DNA of 64,000 nucleotides from Armatimonadota bacterium (GTDB lineage Bacteria; Vulcanimicrobiota; JACPDS01; JBDRKI01): NCBI GenBank assembly GCA_043814095.1, contig JBDRKI010000037.1, positions 32,272 to 96,271 of the forward strand, read 5' to 3'. Shown piece by piece: positions 50,835 to 60,116 of this stretch (position 1 is its first letter; each line of letters starts with the position of its first letter). The notes under the pieces were generated by a model. It saw only the letters and a program-made list of their open reading frames with translations, ran no database searches and was not told where the DNA came from. The position numbers and the translations under genes were made by a program.

Positions 50835-52409
50835 ATGAAAGACATAACCAAGATGTCGCTTGAAGAAAAGATCGGCCAGATGATACTGATTGATTTTCCC
50901 GGTTTTACTCTGGAAAATAAAGTTGTAGATTATTTTAGTAAATATAAATGGGGCGGGATAATATTATTTAAAAAGAACATAAAAGAATTTTCGCAGACAA
51001 AAAAACTTATTAAAGACCTCCAGGGATTATCTGAAAAATTAACAGACATACCGCTTCTTGTAAGTGTTGATCAGGAAGGCGGGAGTATCTGCCCTCTTAC
51101 TTACAGCAGGGCAAATCATCCCGGGAACCTGGCTATGGCGGTTCTTAATAATGAAAATACCGTTAAGGCCGCAGCAAAATATACTGCCCGGGAGCTTAAC
51201 GATCTCGGATTTAATGTATCTTACGCGCCTGTCTGCGATGTTAATACCAATCCCTTAAATCCCATAGTGGGTGTAAGATCATTCGGGCAGGATGTAAAAA
51301 AAGTTTCTAAACTCTGCGGCGCGGCAGTTAAGGGTCTTCAGGATAACGGTATCTGCGCCTGCGCTAAGCATTTCCCCGGACACGGCGATACTTCTTTTGA
51401 TTCCCATCTTGAGCTTGCGAAACTTGACCATGATATTAAATATATGCTCGGTGTTGATTTAAAGCCGTTTAAATCCGCCATTAACGCGGGTGTATGGATG
51501 ATAATGACATCCCATATTTTATTTCCTGATCTTGATAAAAAATATCCGGCAACTTTGTCTAAAAAGATATTAAATGATCTTCTCAGGGAAAGAATGGGCT
51601 TTGAAGGTATAATCATAACGGATTCTTTCCAGATGAAAGCCATAAAAGATAATTACGGTTTTGACGAGGCCGCTGTCAGGGCGGTAAAAGCCGGTTCTGA
51701 TATAGTTATGGCGCTGGGAAGCTTCCAGGAGCAGATTAGGTCTTATGAAGCTCTTCTTAAAGCGGTTAAAGACGGGGATATTCTTGAAGACAGAATAGAT
51801 GAATCTGTTGAAAAAATTCTTAAATTAAAAGAAAAATTGATAAAAACCAGGAAAAAAGGCAAATTAAACGTAAAAAAAGCAAAAAAACTGTATTATAATA
51901 TAGCGGGAAAAGCAATTACCCTTGTTAAAAATGATAAAAATATTCTTCCTGTTAATATAAATAAACGGAAAACAGGATTCATATATCCTGATATAAATAT
52001 ACTTGGATATGATTTTACGAAATATCTTTTTAAAAACAAAAATATACACAAAATATCATATAATAACGAATCAATAATAAAAAACAGGAAGGATTACATA
52101 AAATTAGCAAAAGAGTGTGAACTTTTAATAATTGTAACATGTAAAAGAACAAGGTTAGACGGGGATTATAAATCATTGTTTAATGAATTAAATAAGTTGA
52201 ATAAAAACACGGCAATCGCCTCAATATATAATTCCTACCACGCTATGGATATTAAAAATATCCATACACATATAGTTACATATTCATTTACACCTGAAAG
52301 TGTGGATGTATTAATAAAAACTTTATTCGGGAAGCATAAACCTAAAGGTAAACTCCCCCATGATATACCTGGTGTGGCAAAAATGAAGAAAGGTCTTAAG
52401 TATAAATAG
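50835..52409 (+). CDS. nagZ: GH3 beta-N-acetylhexosaminidase
   Basis: VDQEGG, KHFPGHGDTSFDSH and IITD motifs. Confidence 0.9.
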   Translation: MKDITKMSLEEKIGQMILIDFPGFTLENKVVDYFSKYKWGGIILFKKNIKEFSQTKKLIKDLQGLSEKLTDIPLLVSVDQEGGSICPLTYSRANHPGNLAMAVLNNENTVKAAAKYTARELNDLGFNVSYAPVCDVNTNPLNPIVGVRSFGQDVKKVSKLCGAAVKGLQDNGICACAKHFPGHGDTSFDSHLELAKLDHDIKYMLGVDLKPFKSAINAGVWMIMTSHILFPDLDKKYPATLSKKILNDLLRERMGFEGIIITDSFQMKAIKDNYGFDEAAVRAVKAGSDIVMALGSFQEQIRSYEALLKAVKDGDILEDRIDESVEKILKLKEKLIKTRKKGKLNVKKAKKLYYNIAGKAITLVKNDKNILPVNINKRKTGFIYPDINILGYDFTKYLFKNKNIHKISYNNESIIKNRKDYIKLAKECELLIIVTCKRTRLDGDYKSLFNELNKLNKNTAIASIYNSYHAMDIKNIHTHIVTYSFTPESVDVLIKTLFGKHKPKGKLPHDIPGVAKMKKGLKYK

Positions 52410-52420
52410 GAGCAAAATAT

Positions 52421-53338
52421 ATGTTTAATTCATGGCATGAAAAATTAAAAACCGGGCTTTCCAAAACCAAAGCTATCCTGCTGACAGATGTAAAGGACTT
52501 AGTAGGTTTAGGCACGGAGATTAATGACGAGCTATGGGAAGAATTTACCGATATTCTAGTTGCATCTGATTTTGGTGTTAAGGCCTCAAATAAAGTTATA
52601 GATGATTTAAAACTGCTGGTAAAGGAAAATAAGATTAAAGAAAGGGCTCAGCTTCTTGAAAAATTCAAACAGGAATTAAAAGTTGTTTTAGAATCAAATA
52701 CTAACGGAATCATATTAAAAGAAAATAAACTTAACATATTTCTTGTAATAGGCATAAACGGGGTAGGCAAGACTACTTCAATAGCCAAGCTTGCCCATAA
52801 TTACCTCCAGCAGGGCAAAAAAGTTGTTCTTGCATGCGCTGATACATTCAGGGCCGCGGCAGGCGACCAGCTCCAAATATGGGCAAAAAGACTTAACATA
52901 GACCTTATAAAATACGAAGAAGGCTCAGACCCCGCAGCTGTTGTTTTTGACGGGATAAAAGCAGCGCAAAGCCGGGAAGCGGATCTTCTCATAGTTGATA
53001 CCGCGGGCAGACTCCATACCAAAGTTAACCTTCTAGAAGAGCTTAAGAAAATAGACCGTATAATAAAAAGGGAAGCTCCTGATTCTCACAGGGAGACCCT
53101 GCTTGTTTTAGACGCTAATATAGGGCAGAATTCTTTTAACCAGGCAAAAGTATTCCAGGAAGCCATGGAACTTACAGGTGTAGTTTTAACCAAGCTGGAC
53201 AGTACCGCAAGGGGCGGTATGGTTTTCTCCATAAAGAATGAGCTGGGCATCCCCATTAAATTCATAGGAGTAGGGGAAACTCTGGATGACCTGAAGGAAT
53301 TTAATCCCGGTGAGTTTGTGGATGCTTTGTTTGAATAA
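52421..53338 (+). CDS. ftsY: SRP receptor GTPase FtsY
   Basis: GINGVGKTTSIAKLA, DTFRAAA, DTAGR and TKLD motifs. Confidence 0.97.
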   Translation: MFNSWHEKLKTGLSKTKAILLTDVKDLVGLGTEINDELWEEFTDILVASDFGVKASNKVIDDLKLLVKENKIKERAQLLEKFKQELKVVLESNTNGIILKENKLNIFLVIGINGVGKTTSIAKLAHNYLQQGKKVVLACADTFRAAAGDQLQIWAKRLNIDLIKYEEGSDPAAVVFDGIKAAQSREADLLIVDTAGRLHTKVNLLEELKKIDRIIKREAPDSHRETLLVLDANIGQNSFNQAKVFQEAMELTGVVLTKLDSTARGGMVFSIKNELGIPIKFIGVGETLDDLKEFNPGEFVDALFE

Positions 53339-53368
53339 ATTACTTTAGATTTTATTTACAGTATATTA

Positions 53369-53398
53369 TAAAAACCGCCTCAATCGAGGCGGTTTTTA
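53369..53398. terminator. Bidirectional terminator
   Basis: taaaaaccgcctc-aatc-gaggcggttttta. Confidence 0.88.
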
Positions 53399-53433
53399 AT
53401 ATCTCCAATTTATTTATTATTAATTATTCCTAA

Positions 53434-54876
53434 TTAATGAGGTTTAAACATTTCCTCATCTTCTTCAGGCGGTTCGGGTGAAGGTACTACATCATGCTCT
53501 GTAGCATCGCCCGGTATGTGTATGTGTTCTTTAGGAGCTATAGCTCTGTTTAAGGTTTTTAGTATTGAGAAGAGTATAACTGCCGCAAAGAGTGATGTGC
53601 AGACCAGAAGAAGGAAGAAGTTTGCGTGAGTCATCTTATCCCAGTAGCTTCCTAAAAACCCTGAAGCATAGTTGCCTATAGCTGTTGATGCGAACCAGCC
53701 GCCCATGAGCAGGCCTCTCATTCTGGCAGGTGCAACTTTAGATACAAATGCAAGGCCCATAGGACTTAAGCAAAGTTCTCCAAGTGTAACCACCGCATAA
53801 GATGATATAAGCCAGCTTACGCCTACTTTGCCTCCAAATCCTAAAGTTTCTAATTTAAGAGCGCCAACCCACATTACACCAAAAGCCAGGGCTGTTAGGA
53901 TCATACCAATTCCGATTTTTGCAGGCGTTGTGGGTTCTTTTTTCCGCACGGCAAGCATGGTCCATACCCATATAAGAAGCGGGGTAAAGAGTACCACAAA
54001 GAACGGGTTTACTTTCTGGAATAATTCGGGATTAAGGTTGGTTATTGTGCAGTCTCTTGCCCAGAAGGTTAAAGCAAATCCGTTCTGGTGGAAGGCCATC
54101 CAGAAAAGGATTACAACGCCGAATATGGAAAATAATGCAATTAATCTATTTTTTTCTTCTTTCGGATCTACAGTTGCTTTTTCATGAGCCGCTTCTTTAT
54201 GCAAACTGTCTGCGTTCTTAAACTTATTTTTATAAATAAGCAGAATTGCTAAAGATATTAACATTCCAACCGCAGCCGCCAGGAAAGCAAATCCCCAGCC
54301 GTCACCGGTGCCCGGAACTTTTTCGAATGCAGTACGCAGGAATGACGCAGCCGATGGAGCATAAAACGCACCAATATTTATACCCATATAGAAAATATTA
54401 AAGCCTGAATCTTTTTTGGGATCATTTTTATCATAAAGATTTCCTACAAGGGTAGATATATTAGGTTTAAATAATCCATTACCGATAACTATTAAACCAA
54501 GAGCTATAAAAAATATTTTTTGATCAGGGAAATATAACAAACTATATCCTGCAGCCATAATTACGGCACCTATCGCAATGGTTTTTACAAACCCCCAGAA
54601 TTTATCCGCTATCCATCCACCGATAAGAGGGGTAAAATATACAAATGCTACGAATAAACCATAAATTTGGCCGGATGTTTCTTTTGGCATTTTAAAGAAT
54701 TCATCCATATAAAGGGCCAGAATTGCAAGCATTGTATAAAATCCGAATCTTTCCCACATTTCAGTAAAGAAGAGGGTGTATAATCCTTTAGGGTGTTTTT
54801 GACGGAAAAATGTCATCATGCTCAGGATAATTATGACCGGGAAAATGATAAAATCAAATGCGGTTATAATATTCAT
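53434..54876 (-). CDS. POT/PTR family oligopeptide transporter
   Basis: HPKGL, EMWERFGFY, FYMGINIGA and ELCLSPMG motifs. Confidence 0.92.
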   Translation of the reverse strand: MNIITAFDFIIFPVIIILSMMTFFRQKHPKGLYTLFFTEMWERFGFYTMLAILALYMDEFFKMPKETSGQIYGLFVAFVYFTPLIGGWIADKFWGFVKTIAIGAVIMAAGYSLLYFPDQKIFFIALGLIVIGNGLFKPNISTLVGNLYDKNDPKKDSGFNIFYMGINIGAFYAPSAASFLRTAFEKVPGTGDGWGFAFLAAAVGMLISLAILLIYKNKFKNADSLHKEAAHEKATVDPKEEKNRLIALFSIFGVVILFWMAFHQNGFALTFWARDCTITNLNPELFQKVNPFFVVLFTPLLIWVWTMLAVRKKEPTTPAKIGIGMILTALAFGVMWVGALKLETLGFGGKVGVSWLISSYAVVTLGELCLSPMGLAFVSKVAPARMRGLLMGGWFASTAIGNYASGFLGSYWDKMTHANFFLLLVCTSLFAAVILFSILKTLNRAIAPKEHIHIPGDATEHDVVPSPEPPEEDEEMFKPH

Positions 54877-54925
54877 AAATTGCCCCTTTCTATAATAGAT
54901 CGTAGTAGCTAATACTTAACTTTTT

Positions 54926-54950
54926 ATTCTTAAGTGGAGGTGAAACTCCT
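54926..54950 (-). promoter_or_regulatory. sigma-H-like promoter
   Basis: Minus strand AGGA-N17-GAAT. Confidence 0.55.
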
Positions 54951-55008
54951 TTTTTTATAAAAAGATATTTTATGGTCGGGCTTTAAATAAGCACAAAAAA
55001 GACATAAA

Positions 55009-55036
55009 AGGGCTTAAAATAGGTATTTTAAGCCCT
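55009..55036. promoter_or_regulatory. Perfect inverted repeat with 13-bp arms (candidate operator)
   Basis: agggcttaaaata-gg-tattttaagccct. Confidence 0.6.
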
Positions 55037-55050
55037 ATAAGGGTCAAAAA

Positions 55051-55094
55051 GTTAACATTTTGTTAACAACTTTTAAAATCAGCTGGTGTATAAT
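55051..55094 (+). promoter_or_regulatory. GTTAAC-N5-GTTAAC operator plus -10 box
   Basis: GTTAAC-atttt-GTTAAC, 21 nt, then TATAAT (55089-55094). Confidence 0.75.
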
Positions 55095-55127
55095 ATAAAT
55101 GCTATAAAATAAATAAGGGGGTATCTT

Positions 55128-55712
55128 ATGATCAATGTCACATCTATGAAACCGGTTTTTTTCAATGCAGGCGAAGTAAAGGATAAGAAGGTAACTACAG
55201 GTGAAGCTCTGTATCTGGGTTCAATGAAACTGTATTACAATGTGCTTGCTCTTGAAACAGAACTTGTAGAGCTATACAGGTATTTGGGTTCTGATGAAGC
55301 AAGCCAGAAGATAGTACAAAAGTTATACCAGGATACCGCTTATTTCAAGAAAGAAACTGTAAAGATCTGCCGTTATTTCGGGAAGAACAGACCGCCTATA
55401 GACACAGTAAATGAAGATAATATGAAATCAGGTGTTAAAGGCGAGGTTGAAGTAAAGACAATGCCTTCATCTATATATAAAAAGATAGTTGATATTAGAA
55501 ATAATGTGAAGGAATTATACGGTGATTACAGAGGTCTTCATTACGGTTTAATGAGAGCGGGAGATTGTTCGGAACTTAATGATATTGATAAAAAACATTG
55601 TAAAATCTTCTATAAGAATATAGGTAAAGTATTAAATAAAATTTATGAAAAAGGCGAAGCCGGAACAACAATGTATAAATTAGCTGAGCTAGAAAAAAAA
55701 TATAGCAGATAA
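55128..55712 (+). CDS. Orphan helical protein, homologous to the C-terminal half of 56894-58042
   Basis: KLYY..ETEL..LYQDTAYFK..PPID..IYKKIVD..TMYKLAELEKKY. Confidence 0.75.
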   Translation: MINVTSMKPVFFNAGEVKDKKVTTGEALYLGSMKLYYNVLALETELVELYRYLGSDEASQKIVQKLYQDTAYFKKETVKICRYFGKNRPPIDTVNEDNMKSGVKGEVEVKTMPSSIYKKIVDIRNNVKELYGDYRGLHYGLMRAGDCSELNDIDKKHCKIFYKNIGKVLNKIYEKGEAGTTMYKLAELEKKYSR

Positions 55713-55766
55713 GCTGTATAACAGCTTTAAAATAGCCTTTAAGGCGTAAAATGAAGGGGGTATATC

Positions 55767-56858
55767 ATGATTAACACATCCATGAAACAGATAGGGATGG
55801 TCCCTAATTATACTAAGGAGGTTAGCCCGGCTCTTGCATATTCCGATACGAAAGAAGTTGTAAACACATCTTCCGCGGCTATTACCTCATCCCATTTCTT
55901 TGCCATTAAACTTTCTGAATTACTGGGCGAACTGGAGGCTTCCAAGAAAAGATTAGTCATGATGGGGGCTCAGAAAGAATACATTGAACAGGCGGACAAA
56001 TTTATAGAAACAGTAAAAAGCTACTTTAATACCGTTATTTCACAGAGAAACAGGCTTAACCAGATACACTGGGATTTAAAAGGCCTTCAGGCTAAAGCCA
56101 TGAAGCCTTCAGATGTTACCGGTGCATCTTCAGATGCCATGAAAGCATGTGATGATTATATACAGAAACTGGCATTTTTAAGATCATCTTTCCATAAAGC
56201 ATTTAACGCTTCTCAGGGAGAAGAAAAAGAAGTACTTAAGGGTTATCTTGAAGAAGTAAGGGCAATGTATGAAAAAGCAGTGGAGATGAAAGGTGCTCTC
56301 AGTATGATTCACTAGACATACAGAGGATACCCGACAGATGAGTTAAAAGGCACAGAAGGTGTTAAAGGCGCGTTCTCTCAGGAAGAAGTTATTCAGTCCA
56401 AGGCTAAGGATTTATACTACCTTACAAGAAGTATTGATACCGATCTTAAGAATCTATACTTTATGATTGCTCAGAAGAACGGACAGGGCAGGGAAATAAT
56501 AGTTTCGTTGTATGATGATGTTGATTTCTTTAAGAAAGTAGCAGAGACCATAACAGGAGGGATGAAACCTCCCGTGGATATAAATGAGGCAATGGCTCCG
56601 AAATCAGCAGATCCTCTTATAGTAGGTAATGTAGCAGCGATTAAAAATAAGGTTAAACTTTTATCCACTAAGTTTGCGGATCTCCATATAAAGCTTGTCG
56701 AGGTTTTAAATTCTTCCGGGCTTAGCACTGTGGAGAGAAATAGACTTAAGGGATACTGTATCGCTATAAGCCAGGTGCTGTACAGAATGCACATGAAAAA
56801 GTATTATGACGGCACTCTGTTAAAACTTGAAAAACTTGAGAAAATTTACGGAGAATAA
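55767..56858 (+). pseudogene. Orphan helical protein interrupted by a single in-frame TAG (56313-56315): nonsense allele or amber readthrough
   Basis: ORFs 55767-56315 and 56463-56858 share a frame; the 49 codons between them are open and align with paralog 56894-58042. Confidence 0.75.
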
Positions 56859-56893
56859 TTAAGTGGTTAGTTCTAATAAAGAGGGGGGGGGCA

Positions 56894-58042
56894 ATGCTTA
56901 ATTCCATAATGCCTAATACTTATACATTTGCGAAAAGACCGCGAATTAATAATAAAGTGGCCTATACAAGCCCCGAGGAACTTAAAAATTTATGTATAAA
57001 AGCTTCTTCTGAGGCTTTAGTTTCCGCGGATATTTTTATTGCTGACCTTGAATCTCTGGCAAAAGAACTGGATATTTTAAAACTTAACCTGGAGATTCAG
57101 GGCGGCAAACAGCATTATAAAAACAAGGCGAATTTTTATATAAAGCAGATAGCCGATTTTAAGAATACTTCACTTAGATACAAAGAGCGGCTTAACGGTG
57201 TACATACTGATTTAACGGGATCTTCCTCTAAAGCATTGTCAAATGTCGTCGGTACTTCAGCCAGGGCTGTTTACGGTTGCGCGGACTTTGCCTCTAAAGT
57301 AATTGAATTAAAAACAGTTTTGGAATCCTGCGTTCATTTCGGACCGGACAAAGATAAAGCTTTAGCCAGGGAATTAGTCGGCGAAGTTGCCGGTATGGAA
57401 GAAACATTGCGGAAGATGCTGGAATTTCTTAAATCAATGTATAGGATTTTCAGAGACCTGCCCTCAGGTGAAGAGGGAAGCGTAATGGAGGGCGTTAAAA
57501 GCGCCAGTGTTCCGACAGAAGTTTTAAAGAATCAATCAAAAGACATATATTATTTTGTAAGGGATATGGATACTGATTTAACTTTACTGCATATGGCTAT
57601 AAATCAGAACGGCGGTAAAGGCGCTGATATAGTTAAAGCATTGTTTGTTGATACAAGTTTCTTCAGGGCGGTAGCAAAGGATATCTACGGGTATTTTGAG
57701 AAAATACCGCCTTCTGTAGATGTTATAGATAAAGAAAAGACAGGTGCCGTTTCCGGAGGGAAGTCAATATATGCGGTATCAGGCTCCCCTTATATCTACG
57801 GTAAAATTATGGATGTAAAGACCAATATAAAGATTATGTCCAGCAAATTCATGAACCTGTATTTTGATCTTTCCGGGGCCTTAAATTCTCCGGATGTTAG
57901 CCCTGAGCAGAAGAGAAGATATACAGATTTTCAGACGGCAATACAGCAAGTGTTTGCCAGGGTTACCGAGAAAGATTCTTTTAAAGGTACACTTTCGAAG
58001 ATTAAAGATCTTGAGGATATCTACGGAGACAATATGTATTAA
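56894..58042 (+). CDS. Orphan helical protein, intact paralog
   Basis: 382 aa; colinear with the 55767-56858 readthrough product. Confidence 0.8.
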   Translation: MLNSIMPNTYTFAKRPRINNKVAYTSPEELKNLCIKASSEALVSADIFIADLESLAKELDILKLNLEIQGGKQHYKNKANFYIKQIADFKNTSLRYKERLNGVHTDLTGSSSKALSNVVGTSARAVYGCADFASKVIELKTVLESCVHFGPDKDKALARELVGEVAGMEETLRKMLEFLKSMYRIFRDLPSGEEGSVMEGVKSASVPTEVLKNQSKDIYYFVRDMDTDLTLLHMAINQNGGKGADIVKALFVDTSFFRAVAKDIYGYFEKIPPSVDVIDKEKTGAVSGGKSIYAVSGSPYIYGKIMDVKTNIKIMSSKFMNLYFDLSGALNSPDVSPEQKRRYTDFQTAIQQVFARVTEKDSFKGTLSKIKDLEDIYGDNMY

Positions 58043-58054
58043 GAGATATCCGGA

Positions 58055-58106
58055 GTAATAAATAAAGGGGCTGTCTAAAAAGGTAGGCAGCCTCTTTATT
58101 TATTAC
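58055..58106. terminator. Long bidirectional terminator hairpin
   Basis: gtaataaataaaggggctgtcta / taggcagcctctttatttattac. Confidence 0.85.
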
Positions 58107-60100
58107 ATGGAAAACTGGCTGCACCATTCTTCAAAACATAAAAGAGACCATATAAGAAGCCTGTGGTTTACTCCTTGAGAATGTTCTTTTATTGTTTTCT
58201 CCACGAACTTCTTATTGATGTATTTATCCATCTTCGTGCCTGAAGAAAGGAGTTTCTCTTTTACGTAATCAAAATTTTCACCCCTGAACCAGCTTTCGTC
58301 AGGGGAGGAGAAACCTTGTTTTTTCCTGTTGGTTATGCTCTCGGGCAGGATCTCTTTCATGGCTTCACGCAGGATGTTTTTGCCGTCGTCATGCTTTCTT
58401 ATATATTTAATATTTCTTCTTATCTCGTTTTCATCTATTCTTTTTATATGATTAATATTTTTTAGTTTATGTTTAATGGGTATTTTCATTGCGAAATCCA
58501 CAAGATCATTATCAAGGAAAGGGAACCTTTCTTCAAGGGAATTTGCCATGGCAAGCTTATCCCCGACAACCAAAAGGCCGTGTAGGAAGGTTTTTATCTC
58601 AAAATAAAGGGAGTTGGCAATATGATCTTCGGGAGAGTCATATCTTAAGTCTTCGTTAAATGTGAATACCCTGCGGAAGATATCATAATTTGAATGGTTT
58701 TTTGTATACTGGTATACATCGCTGTTGAAGAGATTCTTTTTCTGCTGGTCGGTTACCAGTCTCTGCCAGAAATCATAGTAATTTTTAAAGAAGTCTTCTT
58801 TATCAAGTGATTTTATTATCCTATAATATCTCCAGGGATAACCGCCGTAGAGTTCATCCCCGCCCGCGCCTGAGAGGCATACTTTTACGAATTTGGATGC
58901 CAGCCTGCTTATGTAGTAATTAGGATAGCACATACCTATTCTAAGGTCTTCAAGATGCCATATAAGTTTTGGCATAATCCATTTTATATCACCCGCGTTT
59001 ATTACCTGTTCATAGAGCTCTGTTTTATATGCATTTGCCACCAGTTCCGCGCTTCTTCTTTCGTCAAAAGTGGCTTCAATTCCGGTAACGTTTGAAAGCT
59101 CAAAACCGGCGGTGAACGTAGTTAATCTCGGTATATACCTGCTGGCTACGGCAGTTATAGAGGCGCTGTCCATACCGCCGCTTAAGTAGCTGCCTACGGG
59201 AACATCTGAGATAAGCTGGCGTTTTACGGCCTGTTTAAAAAGCTTAAGCGTCTCTTCTTTAGCATCTTTAAACTTTAATCTTTTATCCCTGTCTGTGAAA
59301 TTGTAATCCCACCAGCAGTATCTTTCAAAACCGTTATCAAAATCTATCCTCGCTATATTTGCCGCGGGAAGAAGATAAATATCTTTAAATAAGGTGTGGT
59401 ACTGGAAAAGGTTCTGGAAAGTGAAATATTCGTCTAAAGCGTCTAAATTTATGTCTTTACGGTAATCTTTGTATTCCAGTATGGATTTTATTTCGCTTGC
59501 GAAGATAACAAGGTTATTTAAGACAGTGTAATACAGGGGTTTTACCCCGAATCTGTCTCTTGCAAGGTAAAGTACTTTTTTGCGGTTATCCCATACGGCA
59601 AAAGCGAACATGCCGTTAAATTTTTTAACGCAGTCTATGCCCCATTCCAGGTAAGCGTAAATTATTACTTCCGTGTCGGAATGCGATTCAAATTTGTGCC
59701 CGAGCCCTATGAGTTCTGTTCTTATCTGCTGGAAGTTGTATATTTCGCCGTTATGTACAACCCATATATTTTTGGATTTATCGCTCATCGGCTGGTGGGC
59801 GGCAGGGGAGAGGTCAATTATGGAAAGGCGCCTGTGACCCATGAAAAGGTTCCATTTTTTTCCTTTTACCTCTTTTCTGCCCCCGTCAGAGTCTATGTTT
59901 AGAAGGTCGGGACGTATGCCGGCAAATTTAGGGTCTGTAAAATTTTTGTAATAAGAAGAGCCGCCGTAAGAGCCTGTCTGGTACAGAAGATAACCCGCGT
60001 CATCAGGACCTCTGTGAGATATGGCATCACACATTTTTTTTATATAATCCGTATTTATGGGTTTATTATCTAAAGATATAACTCCGGCTATACCGCACAT
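58103..60100 (-). CDS. asnB: Asparagine synthase (glutamine-hydrolysing) family amidotransferase, probably polysaccharide-related
   Basis: MCGIAG, HRGPD, HRRLSIIDL, NGEIYNF, LSGGMDS and RKKQGF motifs. Confidence 0.92.
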   Translation of the reverse strand: MCGIAGVISLDNKPINTDYIKKMCDAISHRGPDDAGYLLYQTGSYGGSSYYKNFTDPKFAGIRPDLLNIDSDGGRKEVKGKKWNLFMGHRRLSIIDLSPAAHQPMSDKSKNIWVVHNGEIYNFQQIRTELIGLGHKFESHSDTEVIIYAYLEWGIDCVKKFNGMFAFAVWDNRKKVLYLARDRFGVKPLYYTVLNNLVIFASEIKSILEYKDYRKDINLDALDEYFTFQNLFQYHTLFKDIYLLPAANIARIDFDNGFERYCWWDYNFTDRDKRLKFKDAKEETLKLFKQAVKRQLISDVPVGSYLSGGMDSASITAVASRYIPRLTTFTAGFELSNVTGIEATFDERRSAELVANAYKTELYEQVINAGDIKWIMPKLIWHLEDLRIGMCYPNYYISRLASKFVKVCLSGAGGDELYGGYPWRYYRIIKSLDKEDFFKNYYDFWQRLVTDQQKKNLFNSDVYQYTKNHSNYDIFRRVFTFNEDLRYDSPEDHIANSLYFEIKTFLHGLLVVGDKLAMANSLEERFPFLDNDLVDFAMKIPIKHKLKNINHIKRIDENEIRRNIKYIRKHDDGKNILREAMKEILPESITNRKKQGFSSPDESWFRGENFDYVKEKLLSSGTKMDKYINKKFVEKTIKEHSQGVNHRLLIWSLLCFEEWCSQFSM

Positions 60101-60116
60101 TTAAAAACCCCTTATA

